Source: Paraspadella gotoi (Eukaryota; Animalia; Chaetognatha). Taken from it: a DNA stretch of 64,000 nucleotides. Shown here piece by piece: positions 1 to 15,085 of the stretch. A model generated the notes under the pieces. It saw only the letters and a program-made list of their open reading frames with translations, searched no databases and had not been told where the DNA came from. Position numbers and translations under genes: made by a program. The stretch lies in the NCBI GenBank assembly GCA_051294375.1, contig CM119268.1:10578318-10642317 (forward strand), given 5' to 3'. Within the stretch, counting starts at the first letter, position 1. Each line of letters begins with the position of its first letter.

Positions 1-206
1 ACAATTGATACAATTATACAATTGATCCTTATTTTGACATCAACTCAGATACTGGCTTAAGTTTTATAGGCTGGTGAAATCACAAGAGAAGTCGACGGCA
101 CTGAAGACGACGATATAAATGACGACGAGTTGAACGATAAGAAGATCGAAGACGACGACGACAACGACGACCAAGAAACAACGGATGTCGTAAATTCTTC
201 TTCTTT

Positions 207-240
<34 letters not shown>

Positions 241-1199
241 TAAACCTGAGTCTCCCTTTGAAGAGACGCGAAATGTTTTTCTTTGGGGCCAAGGAGAGAG
301 GAGGAGAGCGAGGATCCTCAGGAAAAAAAAAACAGCCTCTTGGTTGGGGTCTGGGTTCGGATTTTCAGAGTGAGGCTATTGTGCGGGTTAGGTTCTCAAT
401 TTAGACCCTGTTCTGCCTTAGTTTTGATATTTTGAGTCTCATATTCTTCAGAAGGGATTGTGACGGAAGAGTTAAAATCGATTAATCAATCAATAAGAAG
501 CCTTTGATTAAACAATCATTCCATCGCACAATCAATCGCCTAATCAAAAGATTAAAAAGAAAACTTGTATTGATGACTACCCTGATTCACTCTCCCTCTC
601 ACTCATTCTCACCTCAAACTTGCCATCGCCTCTCATCTTCCTTCTGCCCACAATCAAACGCTACGTTCCTCTTCTCCCTCCCCTCTTCCTCTTCCTATAG
701 GCTAAGTGTTAGCCATCCTCTTCTCACTAACTCCTCTTTCATCTCGCGTTGACTCGAGGTGGATCGACTCCTCTTCCTCCTCCGAGCCTCGTCCCGGTGT
801 GTTTGTAGCCGAGGCTCAAGAAAACTTCTTCTAGAATCAAAACCGGAAAAAAAAAGGTATTTTTTTTCAACGATTTTTTTTTTCTCCTCTCGTGGCGTTG
901 CTCCTTATTCATATTTTAAAAATAACATAAAAAACTCTCGCTGAAAGATAAACCCGCCGAACAAACGTAAATATTGCCCCAAATCGCCTAAAATATCGCG
1001 TGTATTTTAAAACAAAAAGGTTTTACTACTTTTGTTTCGGGTGGATCCTTATGCTCCAAAGAGCAAACATCTTTTTGTTCTTCTATCAAACCTTGTACAA
1101 ATGTGCGCGTTTTAATAACTTTTTTTTACTAGAAAAGGCTTATCTCCAAAGGATTTAACTTTTAATTTTTCGATTTTTGAAAGTACCAACCGATTCTGA

Positions 1200-2028
1200 N
1201 NNNNNNNNNNNNNNNNNNNNNNNNNNNNNNNNNNNNNNNNNNNNNNNNNNNNNNNNNNNNNNNNNNNNNNNNNNNNNNNNNNNNNNNNNNNNNNNNNNNN
1301 NNNNNNNNNNNNNNNNNNNNNNNNNNNNNNNNNNNNNNNNNNNNNNNNNNNNNNNNNNNNNNNNNNNNNNNNNNNNNNNNNNNNNNNNNNNNNNNNNNNN
1401 NNNNNNNNNNNNNNNNNNNNNNNNNNNNNNNNNNNNNNNNNNNNNNNNNNNNNNNNNNNNNNNNNNNNNNNNNNNNNNNNNNNNNNNNNNNNNNNNNNNN
1501 NNNNNNNNNNNNNNNNNNNNNNNNNNNNNNNNNNNNNNNNNNNNNNNNNNNNNNNNNNNNNNNNNNNNNNNNNNNNNNNNNNNNNNNNNNNNNNNNNNNN
1601 NNNNNNNNNNNNNNNNNNNNNNNNNNNNNNNNNNNNNNNNNNNNNNNNNNNNNNNNNNNNNNNNNNNNNNNNNNNNNNNNNNNNNNNNNNNNNNNNNNNN
1701 NNNNNNNNNNNNNNNNNNNNNNNNNNNNNNNNNNNNNNNNNNNNNNNNNNNNNNNNNNNNNNNNNNNNNNNNNNNNNNNNNNNNNNNNNNNNNNNNNNNN
1801 NNNNNNNNNNNNNNNNNNNNNNNNNNNNNNNNNNNNNNNNNNNNNNNNNNNNNNNNNNNNNNNNNNNNNNNNNNNNNNNNNNNNNNNNNNNNNNNNNNNN
1901 NNNNNNNNNNNNNNNNNNNNNNNNNNNNNNNNNNNNNNNNNNNNNNNNNNNNNNNNNNNNNNNNNNNNNNNNNNNNNNNNNNNNNNNNNNNNNNNNNNNN
2001 NNNNNNNNNNNNNNNNNNNNNNNNNNNN
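1200..2028. other. Assembly gap (N run); further gaps at 2152-2376, 3928-4587, 10662-10671 and about 10786-11056
   Basis: Runs of N; they produce the long X-containing ORFs in the track. Confidence 0.99.
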
Positions 2029-3405
2029 GGAATCCAGACTTCCGTTTGATTCCTCTTTTGTTTATTTTCCACGATCCTTTCATTTGGATGGGAACGAATT
2101 AATAGTAATTGTGCCAATCTTGGTCTTAGTTTGAAAATAAATAGTAATCGANNNNNNNNNNNNNNNNNNNNNNNNNNNNNNNNNNNNNNNNNNNNNNNNN
2201 NNNNNNNNNNNNNNNNNNNNNNNNNNNNNNNNNNNNNNNNNNNNNNNNNNNNNNNNNNNNNNNNNNNNNNNNNNNNNNNNNNNNNNNNNNNNNNNNNNNN
2301 NNNNNNNNNNNNNNNNNNNNNNNNNNNNNNNNNNNNNNNNNNNNNNNNNNNNNNNNNNNNNNNNNNNNNNNNNNNNCCACCCCACCATCCCTCTTTTTCA
2401 CCCCCCACCATCTCGGCTCGACGCCAGTGGCCAACGCGGCCCTATCGATCGCCCCCTTAAGTCCCCGCGGTCAAATCTCGGGGTCAAATCTTTTGAGTCT
2501 GCGAATCGATGAACAAACAAATGATTGGATGAACGGAAAGATGAACGATTGGTTTTGCCAAATAATTATCTCCTTAAGTAATTACTATTGTAGATCAGCA
2601 TTTGATAAATTTGACTAGATCACTTCTGAAAGTATCTCAACTACCAAGTTGATAATTGCCACAAAATTATAAAATTATCGATTGAATGTCGTAGAATATG
2701 ATTGGCCAAAACTAATGGTTTTAAGATAACTTACTAACTTCTACCGGTTAATGTCCTGTATTTTTTAGGGATTGATGGTTGTAATTCAGCCTAAGTTTAT
2801 ATCTGGGCAAGAATTTTTGTTTTCCTAAATTTTACGTAAGTTTTTCATCTTCTTCTTGTTGAAATTATCCTGTGTCAACAAGAAAAATGATGAATGATTT
2901 AAAATCGGGGATAATTTGAAAATTCCGTCCCAAAATTTTAGTCACGGCCAAAAAAAAAAAGAAAGAAAAATTAGAGTGATTATTAATCTTGTAGACAAAA
3001 CCAATTAAAATTGGTCGATAACAAATGTGACGAGCGGAAGAAATCAGATGAGTCACTACTGGGGTTAACAAGGGCTGAAGGACAACATTCTTTGATTCAT
3101 ATTAGCTAAAGCGGGTGAGAGAGAGCGAGACAGAGATGGGGCGTGTCGCTTTAAATAACACTCGTTAATTATAAAGTCTACTAATCTATAAGGGTTTAAC
3201 TAAAATTAATGTAACTGCTAGTGAGTTTGTTAAAAAAAACGTTTCGAGATTTATCGCAATTTATCGTCATCCTCTTCATCATTACCATCGTCGTTGTCGT
3301 CGTCGTCATCCTCGTCTGACCTCAGATTTTGAACTCAAATCGCCGCTGGAATTTTCCTTTTCATCCAAAGAGAATCGTCACTGGCACGGCGTTGGTCTCT
3401 TGTAA

Positions 3406-3444
3406 GGCGATCGTCCTTTGCACGGCGATCGTCCTTTGCACGGC
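3406..3444. repeat. 18-bp tandem duplication (GGCGATCGTCCTTTGCAC x2)
   Basis: Two adjacent exact copies read directly. Confidence 0.85.
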
Positions 3445-5793
3445 CATTCGCGATCGGCGAAAGTGTGACAGATGGTACTCAATTATTGGAAAGGAATTTC
3501 GTTTGTATTGTATCTTTGTTCTCTAATCTTAGAATTAGGGGTTTTTTTATCGCTTAAAATTTAAAGTTAAATGCGATAAGCCGGTTCTTAAAAAAAAGCT
3601 TCTCTAAGATTTTTTTTTTATTGACTCTTGTTTACAAAATCCCAATTGACAACGCTGTTTGATATTGGTGTGAATTTCACGCGCTTGTTTATTTTTCCTT
3701 GCTTTGTTTCCATATAGAATTTCCTTGTTATTATTTCGCTCGACCCTGGAATTTGAGCGTCTGGACAAAAGCATTGGGGAGAAAATGTTTATTCTCAAAT
3801 TTCTCTTGAATATTTTTTTTCCTTTTGAATTTAAAAAAAAAAAGTTTCTGGAGATCGTTTTTGCGGCGCGAGCAGCGAAGATCGGGAATCGCGCCTTGGA
3901 ACTTATACGTTTCTGTGTTTATTATATNNNNNNNNNNNNNNNNNNNNNNNNNNNNNNNNNNNNNNNNNNNNNNNNNNNNNNNNNNNNNNNNNNNNNNNNN
4001 NNNNNNNNNNNNNNNNNNNNNNNNNNNNNNNNNNNNNNNNNNNNNNNNNNNNNNNNNNNNNNNNNNNNNNNNNNNNNNNNNNNNNNNNNNNNNNNNNNNN
4101 NNNNNNNNNNNNNNNNNNNNNNNNNNNNNNNNNNNNNNNNNNNNNNNNNNNNNNNNNNNNNNNNNNNNNNNNNNNNNNNNNNNNNNNNNNNNNNNNNNNN
4201 NNNNNNNNNNNNNNNNNNNNNNNNNNNNNNNNNNNNNNNNNNNNNNNNNNNNNNNNNNNNNNNNNNNNNNNNNNNNNNNNNNNNNNNNNNNNNNNNNNNN
4301 NNNNNNNNNNNNNNNNNNNNNNNNNNNNNNNNNNNNNNNNNNNNNNNNNNNNNNNNNNNNNNNNNNNNNNNNNNNNNNNNNNNNNNNNNNNNNNNNNNNN
4401 NNNNNNNNNNNNNNNNNNNNNNNNNNNNNNNNNNNNNNNNNNNNNNNNNNNNNNNNNNNNNNNNNNNNNNNNNNNNNNNNNNNNNNNNNNNNNNNNNNNN
4501 NNNNNNNNNNNNNNNNNNNNNNNNNNNNNNNNNNNNNNNNNNNNNNNNNNNNNNNNNNNNNNNNNNNNNNNNNNNNNNNNNNNNNNNTTTTCTTTCTTTT
4601 TCATTCGAATCGGGACTCGAAGGCGCCGTGCGAAACTGAGGCATCCGATGATACATCTTCGTTAAAAAACAAACTCGAGCTTCAGTTCGCATTTGAAGAA
4701 AAACAAACAAAATCAACGATTAATCAAGTACAGTGAACTTAAAATCATTTGGATTCTATATGCGATGATTTGAATAAGGCCCCTTTAAACTAGAAACTGG
4801 ATGTAAAATGCTAAATCTACGTATTTTTGGAACGTAATATTTTTTCTATTTTTGCCGCGACGGCCGCCAATGGCACGCCATCGCTGTCCCGCCGACTTGC
4901 ATCAACATAAAAAAAACTTTTTTGTTATTACGCTTTTTCCATGGATTGTTAATTTATACATCTGTTTGGGATTTTTATATTCCAGTGATTTTCTGTATGC
5001 ATTGGCCTCTTCTCTCGTCTCTGTCTCTGCTCTCTCTGATATCCTTGTATAGCGCCTCTCATCGTCGCTTCTCGCGCTCTCTTCTTCTCTGCTTTTATCT
5101 CGCTCTCGCCCTGCTGTCCTTCGATGGTTTGTTTGGTATTCGACAGGTTGTATTTTTTTGTGTTTTTATGTCGTCCGAGGGCCGAAGGAAGGCCGACATC
5201 GTAACTTGCCGCAGCTGGGGTTGTTGCTGTTTTTTTCTCAAGCTCTATCGATTGCTGTGGGACGAATTCGAAAATTCGCTGACGGAATTTGTGGTTTAGG
5301 ATATAAATGTGAGCGTCCGGGCGTAATGACGACTTTGACGAAAGTCCCGTTGATCTTGATTACGATAAGGATCCCGACGACGTCGTAGATTCCGCTGCGG
5401 ATGCTGCAGATTATGCTTCACAACATGCTGCACCCGGTTTACGATCTCCCGTCGGGTCCCTCGTGACTCAGAAGTGAATCTCAAATAAAAATGAATTCTT
5501 TTATTTTCTCTTCTCTATTCAAAGACAAAGAATAACTTTTCGCATGTCTAAATCAAATTCTTTTTTTTTTCCTTTCTCCTCGATTTCTCTCCGTAAAATA
5601 AAGCCACTCCACTCCCCCCCTTTCCGCCCCCCTCTTTTTGACGAAAGTAGAAACGTTTGAACTTTGCGAAAGACTCGCGTCACCCCTACGTCGCCTTCGC
5701 GTCCCTAGACGGAGTCGACCGTCAATCAAGATAAATTTATTCAAATGCGAAGACGGCGTATTTCGAAAAATTTATATATTCGGAAGCTCTCTC

Positions 5794-5838
<45 letters not shown>

Positions 5839-6217
5839 TTCTCTGGCGGCTTGATCTATTTTTTTCCATTTTCCTTCCAGCTTTTTCTATTTTTTGTTTT
5901 TATTTTCTATTTTTTCTTTTTCTTTGTTTTCCTAAGATCCCCGCCTTAAAGGATATTGCCGTCTTTGTCCGAAGCAAGTTCTCTCAAGACTTTTGAGTAG
6001 AAAAGGAAACAAAGGGGGAAAAAATGAACGAAAAGAAAAAAAGAAAGAAAATACGTTAAAACAAAACAAAATATTTGTCAAATATGATATCCAAATAGCT
6101 TTTCGTTTTTAATAAAGAAAAAAACATTATTTACCTGGATTTTCGTATTAAATCGGGATTAAACGTTTTTTTACTCAGGATCGCTCGTTTCGGTGAGATA
6201 TCATCACTACCAACCAT

Positions 6218-6278
<61 letters not shown>

Positions 6279-9209
6279 GCGTCGTAACCCGAACCGCGCT
6301 TTTCAGCAGCTGTCGTCGTCTTCCTCGTCGGTTAGAATTTTTGGGGAAAGTTTTCTTCCATCGCGCGAAACTAACTCGTCTTTGTTGTGGACTCGTGGTC
6401 AATAAAATAATAATATAATATAATAAATAGTCTTTTCTGCCTTTTTCCAAAAAAAAATTACTGTCTTAATTAAACTCAATTTAAAATTATTACGAAACAA
6501 GACTTTTTTTTTGGCGTGATTCACCGACGGCCCAATTAATACGAAAAAAAGTTCCCGGTAAAAAAAAATGAGAATAAGTTTTTTCCCACCGCAGGAGTGG
6601 GCGCTTTTTGGCACCGAAACGAAGCAACCTTTCGAACCGCGCGTAACAAAAGTCTCACTTATTTTTCCCCCCGTTAAGTAAAAGTCTCTCACTGTATTTA
6701 TATTCCCCGAAGAACAGTAACAGTCGCTTAGCGTTTTATACTCGTCCCCCGGTGCGTCGCGAAATGTCACATCGAACCTGTTTTGTTTACTTCATGTCGA
6801 TTCTTTTAAATTAGAATTAATGAGGTAAAGTTTACGAGTTTGAAAAAAAACGTTTAAATTTAAAAGTCTTTTCCTCCTGAAAGTAACGAAGCTCTATGAT
6901 CGCCTCCCATTTTGAAATTGTAGTTTTGAATAGTTCAACATTTGGCAACAAGTCCCGAAGAGGTAAAGTCCCTGAGCAGAAAAGTTGAAAAAATACATCC
7001 GTGATTCTCCGAACACTAATAAATGTAAATTATTGCCCTTTCGTGGTTCGTTTGGAAATGCAGAAAAAGCTTCTTTTTTTTGTTGAAAGATTTTAAACCA
7101 AAATATAAGAAGAATTTTCATAATAATCAGATTTGTTGACCGTTTGAGTCAACGTTAAAATCGGCGTCAAAACAAGAAAAAAAAACACGAAATTTCTGTC
7201 GATTCTTGATCCAATTTTTTGTCAAAACTTTCTTCGGACAAGAGGGAGAAAGAAAGAAGAGGGAGAGAAAGAGAGAGATTAGGGAGAGGGAGAATGGGGG
7301 GGAGAGTAAAAAAGGGCAAAAACGTGAGAGGTGAGAGAAAAAAAAGCAAACAGAGTGAGTGAGAATTTGAAAGGGGCAGGGGTGGAGAGCGGTAAACATC
7401 GAAATAGGATGGAAGGAGAGAGGAAAGATGAGAAGGAATGAAAAGGTGGAAGACAAAGAGAGAAAAGGAGTTAAAGAAGAAGAATATAGAGAGAGAGAGA
7501 GAGAAAGGGTGAAGGAGGAGATAGATGGAGAGATAGTACGAAGAATGAGGAGGTGTTGGACTGTATAAACTTTTCAAGTGTAATAAGTGTGGAAAAAAAT
7601 GAAACATAAATAGTAGGGAGGAGAGTAAGAAATCGAAGGGCGGGAGAGAAAGAAAAGGAAGGTTTAACAGCAAAGAGAGAGAGAAATAGCGGGGGGAGGG
7701 AGGGAGAGAGAGTGAGAGAGAGAGTGAGTAAGGAAGTCGAATAGTCTTGATGCCTTTTCAAGGAAAATCGCCGCGGGAGAATTTCTAATTTGAGTCTATG
7801 ACCCGAGGATACGGAAATCTTCAATCTTCAGCATCTTCAACCAATTTCTCTGCTACACCGGCTCTTTTTTGCTCTCTCACTACAGAAATTATGACAACCG
7901 TCAAAAAAAACCTTTACATTATTAACGACACACTAAACTGTCACCGAAGGGAGTTAAACGGGGTTGTCGACGGAAAAAAAAAAAATTGGATGAATTATGC
8001 TTCGAAACAACATCTGCCCTCGGGAGATTATATGTATTGGGTTTGTTTACTTGTAATTCTATAACCTTTGCGGGAGCGCGCTGCCACACTCAGGCTTTCG
8101 TAAACCCTAGTTTGGGCGAGGTTAGCGTTCCGTTGTTCGATTTGACGTATATGCAAATGAAGCTTTGCCAGAGGCGTTTTGATTTAAATATTTTTTTTCG
8201 GACGAAATAATGATGAAAAATATGTACAAAACTATTTATATGAATAATATTCTTATTATGCATATACCCGATAGTACCAAACTATACAATATAAACAATA
8301 ATTTCTTTCTATATCCGAAGAATATAATATTAAGGACCTCAGGTTTCTGATCCATGTAACTATTGCAATCTCCTTTTAGTCTTTCCGAATTCTCAGTCTC
8401 CCAATTTCATTCGCGCGATAATAATTCGATAATTGTCTTCATTAAAAATAATCTCATTCGCCTTCGCTTATTTTTTTCATTCGAATCGATTCGCAGAATA
8501 AACATTAGGCTTTTCTTTTCATCTCCTCAAAAGTTGGGGGGGGGCAGTATGTTGAAAGTGTAGGGCGGTTTGGTTGTCGTTTTAGTCGTGGGAGATGATT
8601 ATAGAGTCGTGAACTCGCATAATTATATCATGAAAATCGGTCAACTTGAATCGCTGGCTCAACGAGAACAAAATCCTACTGGTTTCTTCGGCTCACCCTC
8701 GTTCCATGACGCGTGATAAAGACAATCGTCAGCCGTGCTGGTTCTGTCTCACTCCCGGTCTGGAACCTGAGACGCGCTGATCAACGATGACGGATTGAAC
8801 GATCGCCGCCAAATCCAAACGATACCGACAGAGATAGAGTTCGAAGACCCTTTAAAAACACCCAGTCCAATTTTTTTTTTTTTTAAAAACCTCGTAAAAT
8901 CCCGCGAACACGGAGATATGCTTAAAACGAATAACTTTCCCCTTGTTACTCGTATAAAAAAGAAGTATTTTATGTCGAGCTGTAGATTTTAGTGTCTCGG
9001 TTTTCCCGTTAGGATTACCCTCCAATCCATGATTGGTAATCGGCATGTCTGTCCGTTGGTCCGTCTTTTCTTTTATGTTTTTCTTGTCTCTATTCTTTCT
9101 TACAATCCATTAACCGTTTTTCTTTTCTCGTTTCCTTCTTCTTTCTTTTCTTTTTTTTCTTTCTTTCATTTCTTTCTTTCTTTCTTTCTTTTTCTTTCTT
9201 TCTTTCTTC

Positions 9210-9249
<40 letters not shown>

Positions 9250-9548
9250 TTCTTTTCTTTTCTTTCTTTTGTTTCTCTTCTGCCACGGGGCTTATGTTTG
9301 CGAGATTTTTTTCTTCTTAGTGTTCTCGATCTTTTTGGCGAGAGGAGAGAAGAAGAGGATGATGAAGATCAAGATGATGTTGTTGTTGTTTTGGTCGTTT
9401 CTCGATATGAGAAACCTCGGGTGTAATGCCTGCTCAGCTTCTTTCACGACAGAATCTTATCGGACAATACGAGTTAGATGATTATGCATGGAAATAAAAA
9501 AGCTCTTCCCTCTCTCTCTCTCATCTCTTCTCTCTCTCTCTCTCTCTG

Positions 9549-9579
<31 letters not shown>

Positions 9580-12426
9580 CCTCTTACTACGTGATAAACT
9601 CTATCCTCGATTTTGCGAAATAATTTTCTTTAAATAATCGTCCATGTCTCCTCTCGACGGGAGGGACCCGTCTTCGGACGACCAAGTCATTTGCATTTTC
9701 GGAACGGAAAACACGAAAACCTTCGGGAGGGGAGATTACTTTACGAAGACGACGGACGATTAACGACGCAAGACGAAGAAAAAAAGGCACGACACCGACA
9801 AGAATAAACCATGATGAAGTTAAAACGGGGGAAAAAAGTTTTTTTTATTTTCCCCAGTTAAAAAGAAAATAAAACAAAAATATTTAATATGATAAGAACC
9901 TTCAATACACATAGGAACATATTCAAGACATTTAATGACTAACTGCATTAAAATAAACAAAAAATTTGACGACAAATGAGATTTGTATTAAGACGAGGAT
10001 GATAAAAAAAAAGACAACGACGACAGAAAAAGACGACGACGACGACGGCCGGAGATGGACTAACACGAGGAAACGAGAATCCAACTGTTGATACTCAACT
10101 CTGAATCCCTCCCCCCCCTTAAAAAAACAAAGACATAAACTTAACTTGGGTTTTTTTTACCAAAGCGAATATTACGGATAATTTTTCTAAGTGAATTGAA
10201 TTCGAAGATGATTTCTAAAAGATTAATAATAGCCTCATCTCTTGTGCACGTGCCTCTAAACTTCGAATTGAAATTCGTTATTTTCGAAAAAGAAAACAAA
10301 GAAAAAAAAAAACCCCAACACATTCGAACTCGATTTTTCAATTTTAAAGCTGCCAACCAAAAAAAAAAGTAGGTTTTAAATGAAAAACAGATTATTTTTT
10401 TTTTTTTTGCGTGGAAATCTTAAATAGAAAAATGGAAATGGTTTCTTTTGTTGATCCTTGACTCTGTCTTTCTCTGTTTCACAGTTGCTCTGTCTTTTTA
10501 TTTTTTTTGCAAACTGTTATGTTTTATCCTCTTTCCGACTTTTTTTTTTTACTTCGTTTTTCAGCTACTAAAATCCTTTCCTTTTACAGTGGCTGCAAGC
10601 GCAGTAATTAAAGCTTATACATGCTTAGGGAAAAAAAAATCTTTAAAGCTCTACTCTTTCTNNNNNNNNNNACAATTATTTTTTCACTTATAGTGTATTA
10701 GTTTACGGTTGATGGTTAGTGACCATGTGGAGAACGGGACATCCCATCAAGATCACGTCCATTCATCAACCACTTATCGGCGATTNNNNNNNNNNNNNNN
10801 NNNNNNNNNNNNNNNNNNNNNNNNNNNNNNNNNNNNNNNNNNNNNNNNNNNNNNNNNNNNNNNNNNNNNNNNNNNNNNNNNNNNNNNNNNNNNNNNNNNN
10901 NNNNNNNNNNNNNNNNNNNNNNNNNNNNNNNNNNNNNNNNNNNNNNNNNNNNNNNNNNNNNNNNNNNNNNNNNNNNNNNNNNNNNNNNNNNNNNNNNNNN
11001 NNNNNNNNNNNNNNNNNNNNNNNNNNNNNNNNNNNNNNNNNNNNNNNNNNNNNNNNTCTCTCTCTCTCTCTCGGGACAACCAAGAGGAGATCCGGGCCTC
11101 ACGATTATTTCGGCCCCAAAAATTCCTTCGTCCGAGAATCGAAAGAGCGAACTTCCGAAATCTCTGGGGGGAGGAGGGACAAGAGGGGAGGGCGGTGAAG
11201 CCACGGACCTGGCTTTCGTTTCTTTTTGCGGACTTTTACGTTTCGGACCCAAAAAATTAGAGACCGTTTTTTTTTAATTCTTAAAATTTCCCTTCACTCC
11301 GCAATCCCCCCCCCAAAAAAAACCACCAACCAATCGCGACGCGCGATTGAACGTCGACGACGAAGAAGCTCTAACATGACGTCACGAATCTAATCTTAAA
11401 TCCCAGGATCGCGATTCACTGGGTTTTTTTTAGAATTTTTAAAACATTTTTTTTTACACTTCCGGCGAGTTTAACCTTCGATTGCCGACGAGTCGTCGAG
11501 TCATTTGCCAAACGACTTCCCGCCTTCCAGCTGCGCGTAAAACCGAAAATTCGTCGGACGAGATCTTAAGGCGAAAATTATGGAAGAGGTTAAATGTGAA
11601 TCTCTCTAAATGCGGGTTTTCTGCATAATCTGTCTGGTTTTTGGAAGGGAAAACCCTCCTTACCGGTTACGTGTCTTCGTCGTCGTCGTCGTCGTCGTCG
11701 TTCATTTCATTACTGATTCTGAATAATTTGATAAATCGTCGTGAATTACGTCACGTCTGTCACGTTTGTCACGTTTGTCCCGACTGTCACGATCCTGGGA
11801 TTCCTGTTTGCGACGACAACAACAACAAAAACGACAGCAATTGTCGAAAAGCGTCGCCTTTTTTTAATCTTCTCGTATAAATTTCATAAAACGACGACGA
11901 CGACGACGGCGACGACGACGATATTTTTCCCCCTTGTAATTTTCGTTTTTCTTTCTGAAAAAAAAAAAAGAGAGAGATTTTGTTTATCAAACGTTTGACG
12001 GTTCGAAGCGATAAGCTGTTTTTCGCTCTTCCTCCCGTTCCCTGCCAATGTTTTGGTTTAGCGGATTCGAATCCTGTGCTCGGCTTTTTCTTTTACGTCT
12101 TGCGATTATATTTTCTCTCTTCCACTAAACCCATTTTTGCGATGGGATTGCGACATTTAAACCGTTTTTATTTATTTATTTTTTCAAAATATATTTCATA
12201 ATTTAAGTGATAAAAAGTTGTCGCCGGAATTTCCTATTGCGAAGAAAAATACCGGTGTTTATCATCGTTTTCGTTGTTGTTGTGATTGTTGTTGTCGAAG
12301 AATCGAGGACTCGAAAAGCGAGAAAAAATAATTCTTTCCTTCCTGAAGGTTTATATTATAAACCCTCTTTTTAAGTAGGTTCGCTTTCCTTTCTCTTTGG
12401 CTTCCGTGGCATTCGAAAGAATCTCG

Positions 12427-12479
<53 letters not shown>

Positions 12480-13704
12480 TCTCTCTTCTCTCTGCTCTCT
12501 TCTCTCTTCTCTCTCTCTCTCTCTCGTCCCTCAGAAAAAACTTTTCTTTTTCAAAAAGGAATAAATAAGAGATTATGGTGGGGTTAAAGAAAAACAAAAG
12601 GCAAGCGGGGATTTTTCCATTCATCCCGGGCGTAAAACTGACAACAACAGAGACTTAAGTTGCGAAGGGAAATAAACGTTGAGATGCCGATATATAATGA
12701 ATAGCCCCGGTGACGGTTTAAAGGGGTGGGTTGTTTGACCGGGGCCCGGGAACGGAACTTATTGTTCTTATTAAAATGAATCAATATATTAAACAACTTA
12801 GTCAGTTTTAAATTTGTATAATTTTTTTATTATTAAATTGGGTATTTGTTCAAATAAAGTTAAGGAGAATATTTTATAATTTTACCGACAAATCAAAGTA
12901 AAAAGCGCTCAATTAAAAAAAAAACAAGTTCTTTTTTCGTAGATCTTATCGCCGAGTAGATTTTGAACCTCGGAAAGAAGACGCAATAACAACATTAGCG
13001 CGATTATGTGTATCGAATAATAAAAATAAATATTGGCCGCCGCGCGACGCTGAAAATGTTCCTCCCACGAAACTCGCGTCGATGTGAATTGGCGTCGACT
13101 TCCGACGAGTTTTGCCAAAAAATGTCCTCGATGCCATTTCGACGGTGACGACGACGACGACGATGAAGACGACGATGAAGACGACGATGACAATGAGAAT
13201 GAAGACGTCGACGACGACGACGACAATTGACAATGAAGTAACGGTGACGGTTTAAGAAGCCGCGACATTTCTTTAAGATTATTGTGATTTTGAAGTTAAA
13301 TAGTATTAAAAAAATAGATAACAGTTGCCATAAGGATAACGATGACAGTGATAACGAACCCGGGAACGACGACGACGACGACGACGACGTCAACTACCGC
13401 AAAAGACCATCGAGAAACAATCAACGCCGATTATTTTTACGATCATAACAGAAACGGGAAAATAATAAGAATATGAAAAAAAAGAAGAAAATATAAGTAA
13501 TGAATCTCGAACCGAAAACCAGATGGAGACAGAAATAGAATTAATATAAACAAACGAACTAATGCAAGTCTAAATCATACATTGACAGAAATAAACCAAC
13601 GGAGGAACAAAGAACGAAGTCTATTTTTTTTTTCCGAAGGAAAAGCTCATTTTTCTGCTCTTGTTTATTTCCCAGTTTGGTTTATCTCCTCTTTTACTCA
13701 CTAA

Positions 13705-13746
<42 letters not shown>

Positions 13747-13903
13747 GTCTCTCCTCTCTCGTCTCTCTCTCTCCTCTCCTTCTTCTTCCTCCCAAAACGT
13801 TCCCTGGGGGGGTCCCGGGAAAAAACAAAAAAAATTTTTAACAAGCGTCTTATTCTCTATTTCGTTCCTTCTCCCTCTCTCCATCGTTGCGATTGTACCC
13901 TCT

Positions 13904-13939
<36 letters not shown>

Positions 13940-15050
13940 TCTCTCTCACTCTTCTCTCTCTCTCTCTCTCGTCTCTCTCTCTCTGCGTAATCTCTCGCGT
14001 TTCCAATTCTCATTTTTCGCTCAACTATTTTTTTTTCTTTCCTGTGATAATGGATTTCTCGATTGTAGTCCTTTTTTTTTTCACCTTTTCTCTCACTTTT
14101 TTTTCTCTCCTTATTTTTTCCTCCCCTTTTTTTTTTTCAAGCCGCTACTTGAGAAAGTTTACCAGCCTTCTATTCCGGCGACTTTTTATACTGGTCCCAC
14201 TGACCGACGGTTCATAATTCATTGTTCGCCCGATGATATCTTTTTTTTATCTGATTCCAGTTCCATTTCGATTCCACAATTTCTTTCCACTCATCTTCAT
14301 CTTCATCCTTTCATCCTTCAATCCTTCCTTTTCCTTCTCTCCATCTCTATTTCACCGTCTCACTCTCATTTTCGAAGTCTCCCTCCCACCATCTTCATCT
14401 CAACCCCATCCCCGTTTAAAGTTGTCATTCTCCTTGACACCCAACCTCCAACCCCCCCTCCCCTTCCTCCTCCTCCTCCTCCTCCTCCTCCTCCTCCTCT
14501 TTCTCCTCCTCACGCATTCGAGGCGCTGTCATATTTTCTTGCGAACCCAAACACTTTTTTCTTTCTTTCTCTTTTCGATCCAACTTTTTCTCCGAGATTC
14601 CCTGGAAATTCTTCGCGAGACGAAAACGGTTGCGTCCGAAAATAAAATAAAAACTACAAACAAAAGGAGAAAAAAAAGAGAAAAAACGGAAAATAAATAT
14701 CGGCCAATAGAAAAAAAACATAACTAAACGATACGATATATAAATAAATAAAATTACGCCTGCAGTAAAATCGCAAAGCTCTTCGACTTGGTGAAAGGGG
14801 AAAAAAAAATCCGGTTCTCACTCCATCAATTTCCGTCGGTGAAGACGAGGGAAAATTTTCGGTTTTTTTTTTTGTTTATCTTTTCGTCATTTTTTTTTCC
14901 ATTATGACTTTTTATTTCCTTCTTTCTCCTTTTTCCTCTTCAACGAAAGTTGGAATCCACCAGGGATAATAAACCTCTTTTCTTGTCGTTCTAGTCGCCT
15001 CTCTCTCTCGCCTCCTGCTCTCTCTTTCTCCTCTCTGCTCTCTCTTTCTG

Positions 15051-15085
<35 letters not shown>

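Noticed and set aside
8620-8795. GC-richer segment with a GGTTC motif on the minus strand, possible tRNA-derived SINE
   Set aside because: No convincing A box, cloverleaf, tail or TSD.
1112-11260. Long ORFs of 100-418 aa containing X runs
   Set aside because: Artefacts of N gaps read through as codons.
11745-11792. 9-bp repeats (TCACGTTTG-like) giving CHVCHVCPDC, possible metal-binding peptide or CRISPR-like array
   Set aside because: Simple tandem repeat with no spacers and no gene context; eukaryotic DNA with no cas genes.
13887-14645. 252-aa ORF with poly-Pro
   Set aside because: Pyrimidine-rich low-complexity DNA naturally lacking stops; no recognisable motif.
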